A stretch of DNA of 64,000 nt from assembly GCA_039804105.1 (NCBI GenBank), contig JBDRZU010000001.1, positions 160,001 to 224,000 of the forward strand, given 5' to 3'. The notes under the pieces are model-generated. The model saw only the letters and a list, made by a program, of their open reading frames with translations, was not told the origin of the DNA and searched no databases. Both the position numbers and the translations under genes were made by a program. Positions within the stretch are counted from its first letter, which is position 1. Each line of letters starts with the position of its first letter. This DNA is from a candidate division WOR-3 bacterium (GTDB taxonomy: Bacteria; Hydrothermota; 32-111). Shown here piece after piece: positions 19,943-30,607 of this stretch.

Positions 19943-21199
19943 ATGAAGTATGATATTAAAGATATTAAACTTGCGGATAAGGGTTTGAAAAGGATCGAAT
20001 GGGCTTATCAGGATATGCCTGTTTTAAAAAGTATCTATGATGAATTTTCAAAAAATAAACCTTTGAAGAGTTTGAAAATCGGTGCTTGTCTACATGTTAC
20101 TTCAGAAACTGCAAATCTCATGAGAGTTTTAAAAGCTGGTGGTGCAGAAGTTTTTTTATGTGCTTCAAATCCTTTATCCACACAGGATGATGTCGCTGCA
20201 TCACTTGTTAAGGATTTTAAAATCCCGGTTTTTGCAAAAAAAGGAATAGATGATAAGGGATATTATAACCACATAAAGAGTGTTCTTCTGAACGAGCCAA
20301 ATGTTACGATGGATGATGGTGCTGATCTTGTAACGATGCTTCACAAAGAGTTTGTTCAACTTTCAAAAAAAATTGTTGGTGGAACAGAAGAAACTACAAC
20401 CGGTGTGATCAGGTTGAAAAGTATGGAAAAAAATGGAATCCTGAGATACCCAATAGTTGCTGTGAACGATTCGTATACAAAATTTATGTTTGACAACAGA
20501 TATGGAACAGGTCAGTCAACCATAGATGGGATACTTCGTGCAACCAACAGGTTGCTTGCTGGTTCAACATTCGTGGTCGCAGGGTATGGCTGGTGTGGTA
20601 GAGGACTCGCTTTTAAAGCGAGAGGTCTTGGAGCGAATGTTATAGTTACTGAAGTTGATCCAGTTAAAGCTCTTGAGGCATTGATGGATGGTTTCAGGGT
20701 TATGAAAATGGATGATGCCTGTAAAGAAGCTGATTTTATAGTTACTCTGACAGGTGATATAAATGTAGTAGATGAAAAACATTTCAAAATTATGAAGAAT
20801 AATTGTATCGTTGCAAATTCGGGTCATTTTGACGTTGAAATAAATAAAAAAGCTCTTGAAAAGTTGACCCTTAGAAAAAAAGAGATAAGACCATTCCTTG
20901 TAGAACATACTTTAAAAGATCAGAAGAAAGTATATCTTTTAGCTGAAGGAAGGTTGATAAATCTTGCATCAGCAGAAGGACATCCTGCATGTGTAATGGA
21001 TATGTCTTTTGCAAATCAGGCGCTGTCAGTAAAATATATAAAAGAAAACCATCCAAAACTTTCCAAGAAAGTTTATAAACTCCCTGATGAGATCGATGTT
21101 GATATAGCAAGAAGGAAATTGAAATCTATGGGAGTTAAGTATGATAAACTAACAAAAGAACAGGAAGAATATTTAAAATCATGGGAAGAAGGGACATAA
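19943..21199 (+). CDS. ahcY: Adenosylhomocysteinase
   Basis: SNPLSTQD, EETTTG, FDNRYGTGQS, GYGWCGRG. Confidence 0.99.
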   Translation: MKYDIKDIKLADKGLKRIEWAYQDMPVLKSIYDEFSKNKPLKSLKIGACLHVTSETANLMRVLKAGGAEVFLCASNPLSTQDDVAASLVKDFKIPVFAKKGIDDKGYYNHIKSVLLNEPNVTMDDGADLVTMLHKEFVQLSKKIVGGTEETTTGVIRLKSMEKNGILRYPIVAVNDSYTKFMFDNRYGTGQSTIDGILRATNRLLAGSTFVVAGYGWCGRGLAFKARGLGANVIVTEVDPVKALEALMDGFRVMKMDDACKEADFIVTLTGDINVVDEKHFKIMKNNCIVANSGHFDVEINKKALEKLTLRKKEIRPFLVEHTLKDQKKVYLLAEGRLINLASAEGHPACVMDMSFANQALSVKYIKENHPKLSKKVYKLPDEIDVDIARRKLKSMGVKYDKLTKEQEEYLKSWEEGT

Positions 21200-22143
21200 G
21201 AGTTACAATTGTTGTTCCCATCTTCAACGAAGATGGGAACATTGAAAAACTTTATGAGGAATTGAAAGATAGTTTAAGAGATTATGAATATGAAATAATA
21301 TTTATTGATGATGGTTCGACCGATAATTCTTTTAAAATTCTTGAAAGTTTATCTTTAAAGGATTCGAATATAAAAGTAGTTCAACTCGCAAGGAATTTTG
21401 GACAATCCGCTGCTTTCCAAGCAGGTTTTGACAACGCAAAGAATGATATTCTTGTAACAATAGATGGAGATCTTCAAAATGATCCGAAAGATATACCATT
21501 GATGATAGATCACCTTTTGAAAAATGATTATGACATGGTTGTTGGATGGAGGAAGAAAAGACAGGATCCTCTCTTTTCGAAAAAGATTCCTTCACTTATT
21601 GCGAATAGGATAATTTCATCTTTTTTAAAACTTAAAATCCACGATACAGGTTGTACTCTTAAGGTTTTCAAAAGATCGGTTTTAAAGGATCTGAACCTGT
21701 ATGGACAGATGCATAGGTTTATCCCATATCTTTTGTATTCAAAAGGTTATAGAATAGGTGAAGTTAAGGTTAATCATAGAAAAAGGTTTAAAGGAAAAAG
21801 TAAATATGGGTTTTCAAGAATAATAAATGTTCTACTCGATCTTTTAACTGTAAAGTTTCTTAACGATTTTTCAACAAATCCGATATACATAATTGGAGGA
21901 CTATCATTTTTATCTTTTATCTTTGGAATAATTTCCTTTATTTTACTCATTCTTATGAAGATCTTTCAGAATGTTGATATGACTGGTAACCCTTTACTTC
22001 TGATATCGGTTTTCCTGTTTTTGATTTCAGTTCAACTTTTAATGATTGGATTGTTAAGTGAAATTATCATAAGGACATATTTTGAGACAACAAGGAAAGG
22101 AATTTATAGAGTGAAAAGATTCTTGGGTGATGATAAAAAATAA
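21181..22143 (+). CDS. GT2 polyprenol-phosphate glycosyltransferase (GtrB/ArnC-like)
   Basis: DDGSTD, RNFGQ, DGDLQNDP, two C-terminal TM helices. Confidence 0.9.
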   Translation: MGRRDIRVTIVVPIFNEDGNIEKLYEELKDSLRDYEYEIIFIDDGSTDNSFKILESLSLKDSNIKVVQLARNFGQSAAFQAGFDNAKNDILVTIDGDLQNDPKDIPLMIDHLLKNDYDMVVGWRKKRQDPLFSKKIPSLIANRIISSFLKLKIHDTGCTLKVFKRSVLKDLNLYGQMHRFIPYLLYSKGYRIGEVKVNHRKRFKGKSKYGFSRIINVLLDLLTVKFLNDFSTNPIYIIGGLSFLSFIFGIISFILLILMKIFQNVDMTGNPLLLISVFLFLISVQLLMIGLLSEIIIRTYFETTRKGIYRVKRFLGDDKK

Positions 22144-23134
22144 AAATATCCTTGCTTTATGTACAACAGCATTTTTCAACGATCGTGGTTGTCATACAAG
22201 AATTTTAAAGATTTTGAAATTTATGGAAAAAGAAGGTAACAGGATTGATATACTTACATATTCATACGGGAGAGATTTGAACAGCTTTAAGATATTTAGA
22301 ATTAAAAGATTGTTCAAAGATTTTGATCCTGTTGGATTCCATCCTTTGAAAATTCTTTTTGATATTCAAATTTTTTTCAAAACTTTAAAAATGCTACAAA
22401 AAAAAGAATATGATTACCTTCTGTCTTTCACACATGAAGCGGGAATAATCTCTTTGATGATAAAACTTCTCTATGGAAAAGAGTATGTTCTTGACTATCA
22501 GGGATCACTTTATTCTGAAATGACAATCTCAAATCCTGTTTTTAGATTTCCTCCATTTTCTTTTATAATTCGTTTTGTCGAAGAAATAGTTGAAAAAAAG
22601 AGTTTTGGAATAATCTATAACACTAATTTTAATTTTAAAAGGTCAAAAAAGAAAAGCAAATTTTATGTCAATGACGATATTTTTGAAGAGAATAAAAAAA
22701 TTACACACGATGTGAACAAGGATAAAATGTTTAAAATCGTCTGGCTCGGTATCAACACGAAGGTTCAAAATTTAAAAGGTTTTCTTGAAATAGCAGAAAA
22801 TATTCTTAAGAAAAAAAAGAATGTAGTTTTTTATATAATATCTTTTCCAATAAGTAAAAATACGAAAAACAAGTATAATGTATATCGTGACAGAATAATT
22901 TTTCTTGAAAAGATACCATTTGAAAGTTTACCGGAATATTTAAAGGACGCTGATATGTGTATCAGTACAAAACTTGATTCAACAGAAGGCAGTGGCAAAC
23001 TCCATCTCTATAAGAGATTTTGTAAAAATATCTTGTCTCTTGATTCAAAAATTTCAAGGGAAGTTTTAAATGAAGTTGAAATCGTAAAAAATGTTGAAGA
23101 GATGGAAGAGAGAATTTTAGAGAGGATCCGATGA
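22127..23134 (+). CDS. GT4-like glycosyltransferase
   Basis: FF.DRGCH.RI N-terminus, LPEYL..AD, EGSGKL. Confidence 0.7.
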   Translation: MMIKNKNILALCTTAFFNDRGCHTRILKILKFMEKEGNRIDILTYSYGRDLNSFKIFRIKRLFKDFDPVGFHPLKILFDIQIFFKTLKMLQKKEYDYLLSFTHEAGIISLMIKLLYGKEYVLDYQGSLYSEMTISNPVFRFPPFSFIIRFVEEIVEKKSFGIIYNTNFNFKRSKKKSKFYVNDDIFEENKKITHDVNKDKMFKIVWLGINTKVQNLKGFLEIAENILKKKKNVVFYIISFPISKNTKNKYNVYRDRIIFLEKIPFESLPEYLKDADMCISTKLDSTEGSGKLHLYKRFCKNILSLDSKISREVLNEVEIVKNVEEMEERILERIR

Positions 23135-23808
23135 TCTTTGAGCTGTTTTTGATCATTATTTCGATTATACTTTTAATATTTGATTTAGAAATTTTAGTAA
23201 TTCTTTTACTTTTGTTACTTTTCATTTTCAAAATATATCTTTTTTTGAAAAGACAAAACAGAACAAACAATCATAAAAAGTATTTTATTACATCTTCATC
23301 TTTGACAAATAGACTACTTTATGACCTTTTAATCGCGAACGTTTTGGAAGGTGAATTTTTTATACCATCAAAAGAAAACATTGATAACTATAACGAGTTT
23401 ACCTTAAAGACGATGCAACTATTAAAGAAAAGAGGAACAATTTTTTATTCGAATGTTGATAACAGAATTTCCGATATATTATCCTATTCATATAAAAATA
23501 ATTTGATTTTAATAATTACCGAAGAAAAGATACCAAAAAATCTGTTAAAGATGTTCAATATTAAAATTATTGATCTTTCGTCTTTTGAGAACAAAAAAGA
23601 AGAAGAGTATAAGGGGCTAAGATTTAAGGTTAAGGTGATGGAAAAAACTGAAGATGGTTATTACTGCAAGAGAATCGATCAGAAAGAAGTAATAATTTTT
23701 TTGAAAGATGGTGAGTATCCTTTAAACGAAGATGAAGAATTGGATGTTGAAGTTGAAAGTATTTTTGAATCTCCACAAAAAAGGATAATATATGTTAGAA
23801 GAATCTAA
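23131..23808 (+). CDS. Degenerate PIN/TRAM (YacL-like) membrane protein
   Basis: TM N-terminus, PIN-like central region, C-terminal VEVESIFES...RIIYVR; sits directly before ispD-ispF as yacL does. Confidence 0.55.
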   Translation: MIFELFLIIISIILLIFDLEILVILLLLLLFIFKIYLFLKRQNRTNNHKKYFITSSSLTNRLLYDLLIANVLEGEFFIPSKENIDNYNEFTLKTMQLLKKRGTIFYSNVDNRISDILSYSYKNNLILIITEEKIPKNLLKMFNIKIIDLSSFENKKEEEYKGLRFKVKVMEKTEDGYYCKRIDQKEVIIFLKDGEYPLNEDEELDVEVESIFESPQKRIIYVRRI

Positions 23809-24511
23809 TGATTGTTTATCTTTTGTGGTCGTAGGTGCAGGTAAATCGAAAAGATTTTTGCATCACAAAAAGAAGATTTTTTATAAGATTAATGATCAGA
23901 TTCCAGTTTTTATTTTTTTATTGAAAAACATCAAAGATGTTTTTAAAGAAAAAGTTGAAATAATATTTGTTCATTCAAGTGAAGATAAACAAGAGATTGA
24001 AAGTTTATTAGATCATTATAATTTTGATTATGTCAAACTTGTTGAAGGCGGAGTTGAAAGACCTATTTCAGTTCTAAATGGACTTTCAAAATGTTCAAAT
24101 GAAATTATTTTTATCCATGATTGCGCAAGACCTTTTTTAAGTGAACAACTTTTATTTTTACTTTATAAAAGGTTCAAAGAATCAAAAAAACCGATTGCAC
24201 CTTACATAACGCCGAACGATACTGTTAGAATCTTAGAGAATGGTTATGTAAAAACATTAGATAGAGACAAGGTCATGCTCATTCAGACACCACAGGTTGT
24301 AACAAAAAGTTTGTATCTACCAATTTTAAAAAAGAATATAGAAGACAAAATTTTTTTGACAGACGATTTAGAATATCTAATTAAAGAAGGAATAGAAGTT
24401 GAATTTGTAGAAGGTGATAGAAATAATATAAAAATAACAAACCCACAAGATATAAATATTGTTGAAACAATTTACAAAGGATGGGGAAATGAAAGTTGGA
24501 ATCGGTATTGA
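23792..24511 (+). CDS. ispD: 2-C-methyl-D-erythritol 4-phosphate cytidylyltransferase
   Basis: [31 protein letters not shown]. Confidence 0.93.
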   Translation: MLEESNDCLSFVVVGAGKSKRFLHHKKKIFYKINDQIPVFIFLLKNIKDVFKEKVEIIFVHSSEDKQEIESLLDHYNFDYVKLVEGGVERPISVLNGLSKCSNEIIFIHDCARPFLSEQLLFLLYKRFKESKKPIAPYITPNDTVRILENGYVKTLDRDKVMLIQTPQVVTKSLYLPILKKNIEDKIFLTDDLEYLIKEGIEVEFVEGDRNNIKITNPQDINIVETIYKGWGNESWNRY

Positions 24512-24953
24512 TGCTCATAGGTTTTCCAGGGATAGAAAACTTATCCTTGGGGGAATTGAGATCCCTTATGAGATGGGACTCGATGGTCATTCTGATGCTG
24601 ATGTTTTAATACATGCTATTATAGATTCGATTTTAGGGGCACTTGGAAAAGGTGATATAGGTAGAATTTTCCCAGATTCAGAAGAAAAGTATCGAGGGAT
24701 TTACTCTATACTCTTACTTCAAAAGATAAAAGAAAAATTTAGTTTTGAAATTATAAATCTTGATACTGTTATAATTTGTCAAAAACCAAAACTTTTAAAT
24801 TATATGGATAAAATGGCTGAAACGATCGCACAGACACTTGGAATTGAGAAAGAAAAAGTTTCAGTGAAAGCAACGACGACCGAGTATATGGGATTTACAG
24901 GTAGAGGTGAAGGCATCTGTGCTGTTTCAATAGTTCTACTAAAGGAAAAATGA
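24489..24953 (+). CDS. ispF: MECDP synthase
   Basis: GIDAH, GHSDADV, GDIG, KATTTE. Confidence 0.97.
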   Translation: MKVGIGIDAHRFSRDRKLILGGIEIPYEMGLDGHSDADVLIHAIIDSILGALGKGDIGRIFPDSEEKYRGIYSILLLQKIKEKFSFEIINLDTVIICQKPKLLNYMDKMAETIAQTLGIEKEKVSVKATTTEYMGFTGRGEGICAVSIVLLKEK

Positions 24954-25579
24954 TGAGGAATAAAATATTTATTTTTCTGATAATTCTGTTTTTATGTTCT
25001 ATTTTATTCTCTGCTGAAAATGGTAACAGGATTATAGATTTAATGAAAGAAAAGAATATTCCCCCTGGTTTTATAATACTTATTATTTCCATGTTACCTA
25101 TTTTCGAATTGAGATTGGGACTACCTTTAGCGATAACACTTTTTAAAATGAATTATTTCAGTGCACTCTTATTTTCTCTTTTAGGGAATTTTATTCCAGT
25201 GATACCTATTCTTTTACTCTTGAAAGGGGCTTACAAAGTTTTTGAGAAGGTAACACCCATAAAAAAGTTTTTCGATTGGATAATCGAAAGAACAGAAAAA
25301 AAATCTAAAGATATAAAAAAATATGAGTTCTGGGGTCTTGTTATTTTTGTAGGTATCCCTCTTCCAGGAACAGGTGCATGGACGGGGTCACTTGCAGCTG
25401 TGATATTGAATCTCGATTTTAAAAGATCTCTTGTGGCGATAACTCTTGGAATCATACTTGCTTCTATCATAGTTTCGATTTTTATTTTCATGGGTAAAAT
25501 TGGAGTTATTATCGCATCTTTGCTTCTTTTAATAATATATCTGGCAGAAATTTTTAAAACAAAAAGATATGAAAAGTAG
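24950..25579 (+). CDS. Putative small multi-drug export family membrane protein
   Basis: [23 protein letters not shown]. Confidence 0.85.
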   Translation: MMRNKIFIFLIILFLCSILFSAENGNRIIDLMKEKNIPPGFIILIISMLPIFELRLGLPLAITLFKMNYFSALLFSLLGNFIPVIPILLLLKGAYKVFEKVTPIKKFFDWIIERTEKKSKDIKKYEFWGLVIFVGIPLPGTGAWTGSLAAVILNLDFKRSLVAITLGIILASIIVSIFIFMGKIGVIIASLLLLIIYLAEIFKTKRYEK

Positions 25580-26795
25580 TTGTATAATCGTTGGTACTTT
25601 TTCTAAAAATGAGTCTGAAGATAGGATCAACAAAACAATACTTGAGATGAAAGATCTATCTTCATCACTCGATATGGTAAGCAAAGAAGATGTGATTCAA
25701 AAAATCGAAAAAATAAATCCTGCTTTTTATATTGGAAAAGGGAAGGTGGATGAAATTCGTCAGATGGTTGAAAAGTTAAAAGTTGACTCTGTTATATTCT
25801 CAAACGAATTATCACCTTTACAAAAGAGAAATTTAGAAAAATATCTCAATGTAAGTGTTGTTGATAGAACAGAGCTGATTTTGAGGATTTTCGAAAGGAA
25901 TGCGAAAACAACGATATCAAAACTTGAAAGTGAACTCGCAAAATGGATTTATATGCTACCAAGGTTAACGGGGAAAGGGATCACGATGTCGCAGACAGGT
26001 GCTGGAATAGGAACAAGAGGCCCGGGAGAGAAAAAATTGGAAGTTGAAAAAAGATATATCGAAAAAAGGATCGAAATTTTGAAAAAGAAGATTAAAGAGT
26101 ATCAAAAAAGTGTGAAAGTTAAAAGTGAGAAAAGGAAAAATCTTTTTAAGGTTACACTTTTTGGATATACGAACGCTGGCAAAACAACCATAATGAACAG
26201 GTTAACAAGGAACAGATTTTATACTGATGATAAACTTTTCACCACACTTGATACTGTGACCAGGAAACTTGAAAAATATATAGTTGTTACAGATACGGTC
26301 GGTTTTCTTGGTGATTTACCACATGAGATAATAGAATCTTTTAAATTAACTATAGAAGAAGCATCTGATTCAGATTTAAAACTTTTTGTTGTTGATATTT
26401 CAGATCAATATATAGATCTTGTTCTTGAAGATATGGCAAAAGTGATTGAACAGTTAAAGTTGAACAAGGGAGATATTGTATATGTTTTTAATAAGATCGA
26501 TTTGCTTTTAAATTACAATAGAATAAACTATTTCAGTGATGTTTACAAAAATTCAATTTTTATTTCAGCAAAAACAGGAGATAATTTTGAAATGTTGAAA
26601 AAGGTTATTCTCGAAAAGTTTTATAATTCTCTTGATTATTTTGAAATTTCCTGTGATGATGAAATGTTGGAAAAAATTTTGAAATATGTTAACAGATTCG
26701 GAATAATAGTTGAAATGAAGAGTGATCTTGAGAATAATTTAAAATTTTATATACCAAAAAGATATTCAAAATTTATCAGAACAAATTTTTTATAA
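25569..26795 (+). CDS. hflX: GTPase HflX
   Basis: GPGEKKLE, GYTNAGKTT, LFTTLD, DTVGF, NKID. Confidence 0.96.
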   Translation: MKSSCIIVGTFSKNESEDRINKTILEMKDLSSSLDMVSKEDVIQKIEKINPAFYIGKGKVDEIRQMVEKLKVDSVIFSNELSPLQKRNLEKYLNVSVVDRTELILRIFERNAKTTISKLESELAKWIYMLPRLTGKGITMSQTGAGIGTRGPGEKKLEVEKRYIEKRIEILKKKIKEYQKSVKVKSEKRKNLFKVTLFGYTNAGKTTIMNRLTRNRFYTDDKLFTTLDTVTRKLEKYIVVTDTVGFLGDLPHEIIESFKLTIEEASDSDLKLFVVDISDQYIDLVLEDMAKVIEQLKLNKGDIVYVFNKIDLLLNYNRINYFSDVYKNSIFISAKTGDNFEMLKKVILEKFYNSLDYFEISCDDEMLEKILKYVNRFGIIVEMKSDLENNLKFYIPKRYSKFIRTNFL

Positions 26796-26801
26796 TTTTT
26801 T

Positions 26802-27548
26802 ATGGAAAAGTTATCTATAATAGGTTACGGTAGGTTTGGTAAAGTTTTTAAGAGAAATTATGAAAAATTTTTTCAACATAAAAAAGTTTATTATATTTAT
26901 GATAAAAGATTTAAAAAGACACTGAACCTTACAAAACTTTTTTCGTCTGATATAATTTTAATATCTGTGAACGATGATTCAATTTTAGATGTTTTAAAAA
27001 TCATAAAAAATTTCGATAAAGAGGTTATACTTGTTTCAGGATCCTGTGAGTTGAAACAAGCAAAGAAAATTTTGAAGAGAGCATCAAATGTATCAATATT
27101 TCATCCGATTCAGTCGTTTCAGAAGAACGATAGACCTGAAGTGTTCAAAAATATTTATGCTACCTGTGAATCTGAAAAGAGATCAAAGTTTATTGATGAT
27201 TTTTGTAAGGTAAACAGGATTAAACTTTTAAGATTAAAAAATATTAAAAGAAAGAAATATCATCTATCTTCAATGTTAGCTTTAAACTACACTCTCACAC
27301 TTCTTTCTATTTCCGAAAATCTGTTTCAGATTTCAACATCTAAAAATTTTGGAGTAAAACCATTTTTACCCGCATTACAAACTCTTATCAGAAAACTCGG
27401 TTCGAAAAAAATTAAAAATGTGATATCGGGACCTTCAATAAGGAAAGATGTGAAATTGATCAAAGAAATTTCAAAAAGTATAGATGACTCCGAAGTAAAA
27501 AAACTTTTTTTGCTTCTCGATAAAGTAACACGGGAAAAAATCAAATGA
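26802..27548 (+). CDS. Rossmann-like/DUF2520 oxidoreductase
   Basis: IGYGRFG, FHPIQSF, YH, SGPSIRKD; adjacent to coaX. Confidence 0.75.
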   Translation: MEKLSIIGYGRFGKVFKRNYEKFFQHKKVYYIYDKRFKKTLNLTKLFSSDIILISVNDDSILDVLKIIKNFDKEVILVSGSCELKQAKKILKRASNVSIFHPIQSFQKNDRPEVFKNIYATCESEKRSKFIDDFCKVNRIKLLRLKNIKRKKYHLSSMLALNYTLTLLSISENLFQISTSKNFGVKPFLPALQTLIRKLGSKKIKNVISGPSIRKDVKLIKEISKSIDDSEVKKLFLLLDKVTREKIK

Positions 27549-28255
27549 AAACTGTTGCTGTTGACATAGGAAATTCAAAAATTAAAATTGGATTGATTTC
27601 AAAAGATGTTTTGAAAAAAGTTTATACCTTTGATCAAAATGTACCGGAAAAAATTTTAAAATTTTCTCCAGAAAGAATATACGCTATCTCTGTAAACAAA
27701 AAAAACAAAAAGATTTTTGAACAATCTTGTTCCAAAAAGTTTGATTTTAATGTGTTATTTCTTGAAAAAACAAAAAATGTTTTTGAATCCGAATACTCTT
27801 ATGAAAATATTGGTATAGATAGATTTGTTTCTGTGTATTATGCAATAAAAAGAAAATTATATCCTTCATTGTTAATAGATCTGGGAACAGCTGATACTTA
27901 TGATTTTATTGATGAAAAAGGGAAACATCTTGGTGGGTTTATTTCAGCGGGTTTACAGACAATATCCTATGCCCTTGAAAGAAAAACAGATAATCTCTTT
28001 AAAGTGGAAACATCCACTTTTGATGAAAAAGTTGGTAAAGATACAGAACAGGCATTAAAGAATGGAATATTTTTGCAATGGATTTCTGGAATTTTAACTT
28101 TTATTGGTTTTGGTAAAAAAATTCTTGGAGATTCTAAAATTATCATCACTGGTGGTAACTCGTATCTTTTACAGGATTATATAAAAGATGCAATTTTTGA
28201 TAAAGATTTTCTGTTAAAGGCGATAAATGAATATGGAAAAGATTTTTTTAGTTAA
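27545..28255 (+). CDS. coaX: Type III pantothenate kinase
   Basis: VDIGNS, GIDR, IDLGTA, GGFI..G, TGG. Confidence 0.93.
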   Translation: MKTVAVDIGNSKIKIGLISKDVLKKVYTFDQNVPEKILKFSPERIYAISVNKKNKKIFEQSCSKKFDFNVLFLEKTKNVFESEYSYENIGIDRFVSVYYAIKRKLYPSLLIDLGTADTYDFIDEKGKHLGGFISAGLQTISYALERKTDNLFKVETSTFDEKVGKDTEQALKNGIFLQWISGILTFIGFGKKILGDSKIIITGGNSYLLQDYIKDAIFDKDFLLKAINEYGKDFFS

Positions 28256-28652
28256 AGAGGTTGAAGGTTTAAAAGAAATTGTTGATTTTATTTTAAATTT
28301 AAAATTGTCTACTCCGGTAGTATTTCTTTATGGAAACCTTGGTGCTGGGAAAACAGAATTTGTTAGAGTGTTCGCTAAACATTTCAAAATCGAAAATGTT
28401 TCAAGCCCGACTTTCAATATTGTACATGTTTATGAAAACGAAATGATAAAAATAACCCACATAGACCTCTATCGGATAACAAATATAAATTATGTTTTTG
28501 AACTTGACATATTCCAACTTTTTGAGGATTCAAATTTTACTTTTATCGAATGGCCTGAATTACTTGACCATATTGATCTTAAGCATTATCATTTGATAAA
28601 AATTTTTTTTGATGTAGAGAATGAAAAAAGAAAGGTAAAGATTATATGTTAG
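28233..28652 (+). CDS. tsaE: t6A biosynthesis ATPase TsaE
   Basis: GNLGAGKT, VSSPTF, HIDLYR, IEW. Confidence 0.95.
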   Translation: MEKIFLVKEVEGLKEIVDFILNLKLSTPVVFLYGNLGAGKTEFVRVFAKHFKIENVSSPTFNIVHVYENEMIKITHIDLYRITNINYVFELDIFQLFEDSNFTFIEWPELLDHIDLKHYHLIKIFFDVENEKRKVKIIC

Positions 28653-29242
28653 ATGTTTATATTTCATCTGTGACTTCACAACTGACAGTTTTATTGGTTG
28701 GTGATAATTTTAATATTTTTAGAAAAGTTGAAGATAAAGATTTTCTCGTTGAACTTCCTAAAATTTTCGATAACGATGATTTGAAGAATATTTTTAAAGG
28801 AAATATCTTAAAAAATGTTTTTATCCTTTCTGGAGTTGGCAAACTCACAGGGATGAGAATAGGAGAGGCATTTGCAAAAGGTTTGGTTTTAGGTGATGAT
28901 GAAAATAAGATCAAAAGATTAAATGCTCACGATGTGATATCATTTTCAGTCAAAAGTGATAAAAAAATTCTTTCAATCATAAAGATTAGAAAAAATTCAT
29001 ATTCTCTTTCATTGTTTTCAAATAAGAAAGATTTTAAAAGATTGTCCAACAATTTTGAACTTTCAGGTGAGCATGTTAATAGTTACATTAAAAAAAATGA
29101 ATTTTTTATTGTTGGTGAAGGTGCAAGAGATTTTGACAAGAGTTTGGATGAAAAATTTTTATTTCCAGATGCTTTAAAAATGCACGATTATATAAGAGGT
29201 TTTTATGGAAAAAGTGATGGTTTTGATTCCGGCATGCAATGA
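28646..29242 (+). CDS. tsaB: Divergent TsaB-like protein
   Basis: GVGKLTGMRIG..FAKGL resembles the GPGSFTGLRIG motif; follows tsaE. Confidence 0.7.
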   Translation: MLDVYISSVTSQLTVLLVGDNFNIFRKVEDKDFLVELPKIFDNDDLKNIFKGNILKNVFILSGVGKLTGMRIGEAFAKGLVLGDDENKIKRLNAHDVISFSVKSDKKILSIIKIRKNSYSLSLFSNKKDFKRLSNNFELSGEHVNSYIKKNEFFIVGEGARDFDKSLDEKFLFPDALKMHDYIRGFYGKSDGFDSGMQ

Positions 29243-29867
29243 GGAAAGATTTATAAGAAAATTGATCGAAGAGATAAAACAAAAATATGGTTTAAAAGTT
29301 ATAGTTGTAGATGATGGTTCAAAGGATAAAACTTTTGAGGAAGCGAAGAAGATCGCTGATCATGTAATAAAACATTCCCAGAATCAGGGGAAAGGTCAAT
29401 CAATAATAGATGGTATCAATTTCGCTTTTGGAAAATCTGAGTATATTATTCTCATGGATGGAGATTATCAACATTCACCTGATGATATTGGAAATTTCCT
29501 TAAACAAGATTATGAAAATTTTGATATGTTGGTTGGGAAAAGAAAAATGAATTTTCAAAATATGCCTTTTGATAGGTATCTTACAAATAGAACTACCACA
29601 CTTGTAACATCACTTCTTGCAACAAAAAGAGTTTTTGATTCACAATCAGGTTTTAGAATGGTTAAGGTTGAATCGATTAAAAAGTTGAATTTAAAATACA
29701 AAAGGTTTCAAATCGAATCGGAGATGCTTATAAAAGCTGGAAGGATGAAGATGAATATAGGTTATGTTGATATAAAAACTATTTATGGTGATGAAAAATC
29801 AAAAATAAACAAAATACTTGATACATTAAGATTTATAAAAATGTGTTTGGAGATCTTATGTCTTTAA
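29205..29867 (+). CDS. GT2 glycosyltransferase (DPM1-like)
   Basis: IPACNEE, DDGSKD, GKG, DGDYQH, DSQSGFR. Confidence 0.9.
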   Translation: MEKVMVLIPACNEERFIRKLIEEIKQKYGLKVIVVDDGSKDKTFEEAKKIADHVIKHSQNQGKGQSIIDGINFAFGKSEYIILMDGDYQHSPDDIGNFLKQDYENFDMLVGKRKMNFQNMPFDRYLTNRTTTLVTSLLATKRVFDSQSGFRMVKVESIKKLNLKYKRFQIESEMLIKAGRMKMNIGYVDIKTIYGDEKSKINKILDTLRFIKMCLEILCL

Positions 29868-30607
29868 AAATTCTTCTATCAAACGATGATGGCTTTTACG
29901 CGGAAGGTTTGAAGACATTGAAAGAAATTTTAATCTCTCTTGGACATCAGGTTTATATAGTTGCTCCATCACAAAACCAATCAGCAACAAGTCATTCTCT
30001 AACTTTAACAATTCCTTTGAGGATCAACAGAGTTAATAAGAATGAATATATAACAACCGGAACACCAACAGATTGTGTTTTGATAGCAACACATGGATTG
30101 ATCAAAGAAAAGTTTGATTATGTTTTTTCAGGGATAAACCATGGACCAAATATGGGAGAAGATGTGATATATTCTGGAACTGTTGCTGCTGCAATGGAAG
30201 GTGTTTTGATGAATATACCCTCTGTTGCTTTTTCGATGGCTGCATTTGAAAATGTTGATTTTGCTTATGCAAAGGATGTTGTTCCAAAAATAATCGAACT
30301 TTTAAAACTTATAGGTAAGAGAAAAAGGTTGCTTTTGAATGTGAATATACCAAATAGTTCTATAAAAGGTTATAAAATAACAAAACTTGGAAGCAGGATA
30401 TATTCTGACTCACTCATAACAAAAATTGATCCGAGAGGGAAAAAATATTACTGGATAGGTGGAGAGAAACCTACATACAAGATAAAAAAAGGCACAGATT
30501 TTGAAGCGATCGAAAAAGGTTATGTTTCTATAACACCGATAACATTTGATTTAACAGATTTTAGAATGTTAACTAAAATTAAAAAGGTAGCGAAAAATGT
30601 CTTTTGA
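29858..30607 (+). CDS. surE: 5'/3'-nucleotidase SurE
   Basis: LSNDDG, GTPTDC, SGIN.GPNMG, YSGTVAAA. Confidence 0.97.
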   Translation: MSLKILLSNDDGFYAEGLKTLKEILISLGHQVYIVAPSQNQSATSHSLTLTIPLRINRVNKNEYITTGTPTDCVLIATHGLIKEKFDYVFSGINHGPNMGEDVIYSGTVAAAMEGVLMNIPSVAFSMAAFENVDFAYAKDVVPKIIELLKLIGKRKRLLLNVNIPNSSIKGYKITKLGSRIYSDSLITKIDPRGKKYYWIGGEKPTYKIKKGTDFEAIEKGYVSITPITFDLTDFRMLTKIKKVAKNVF

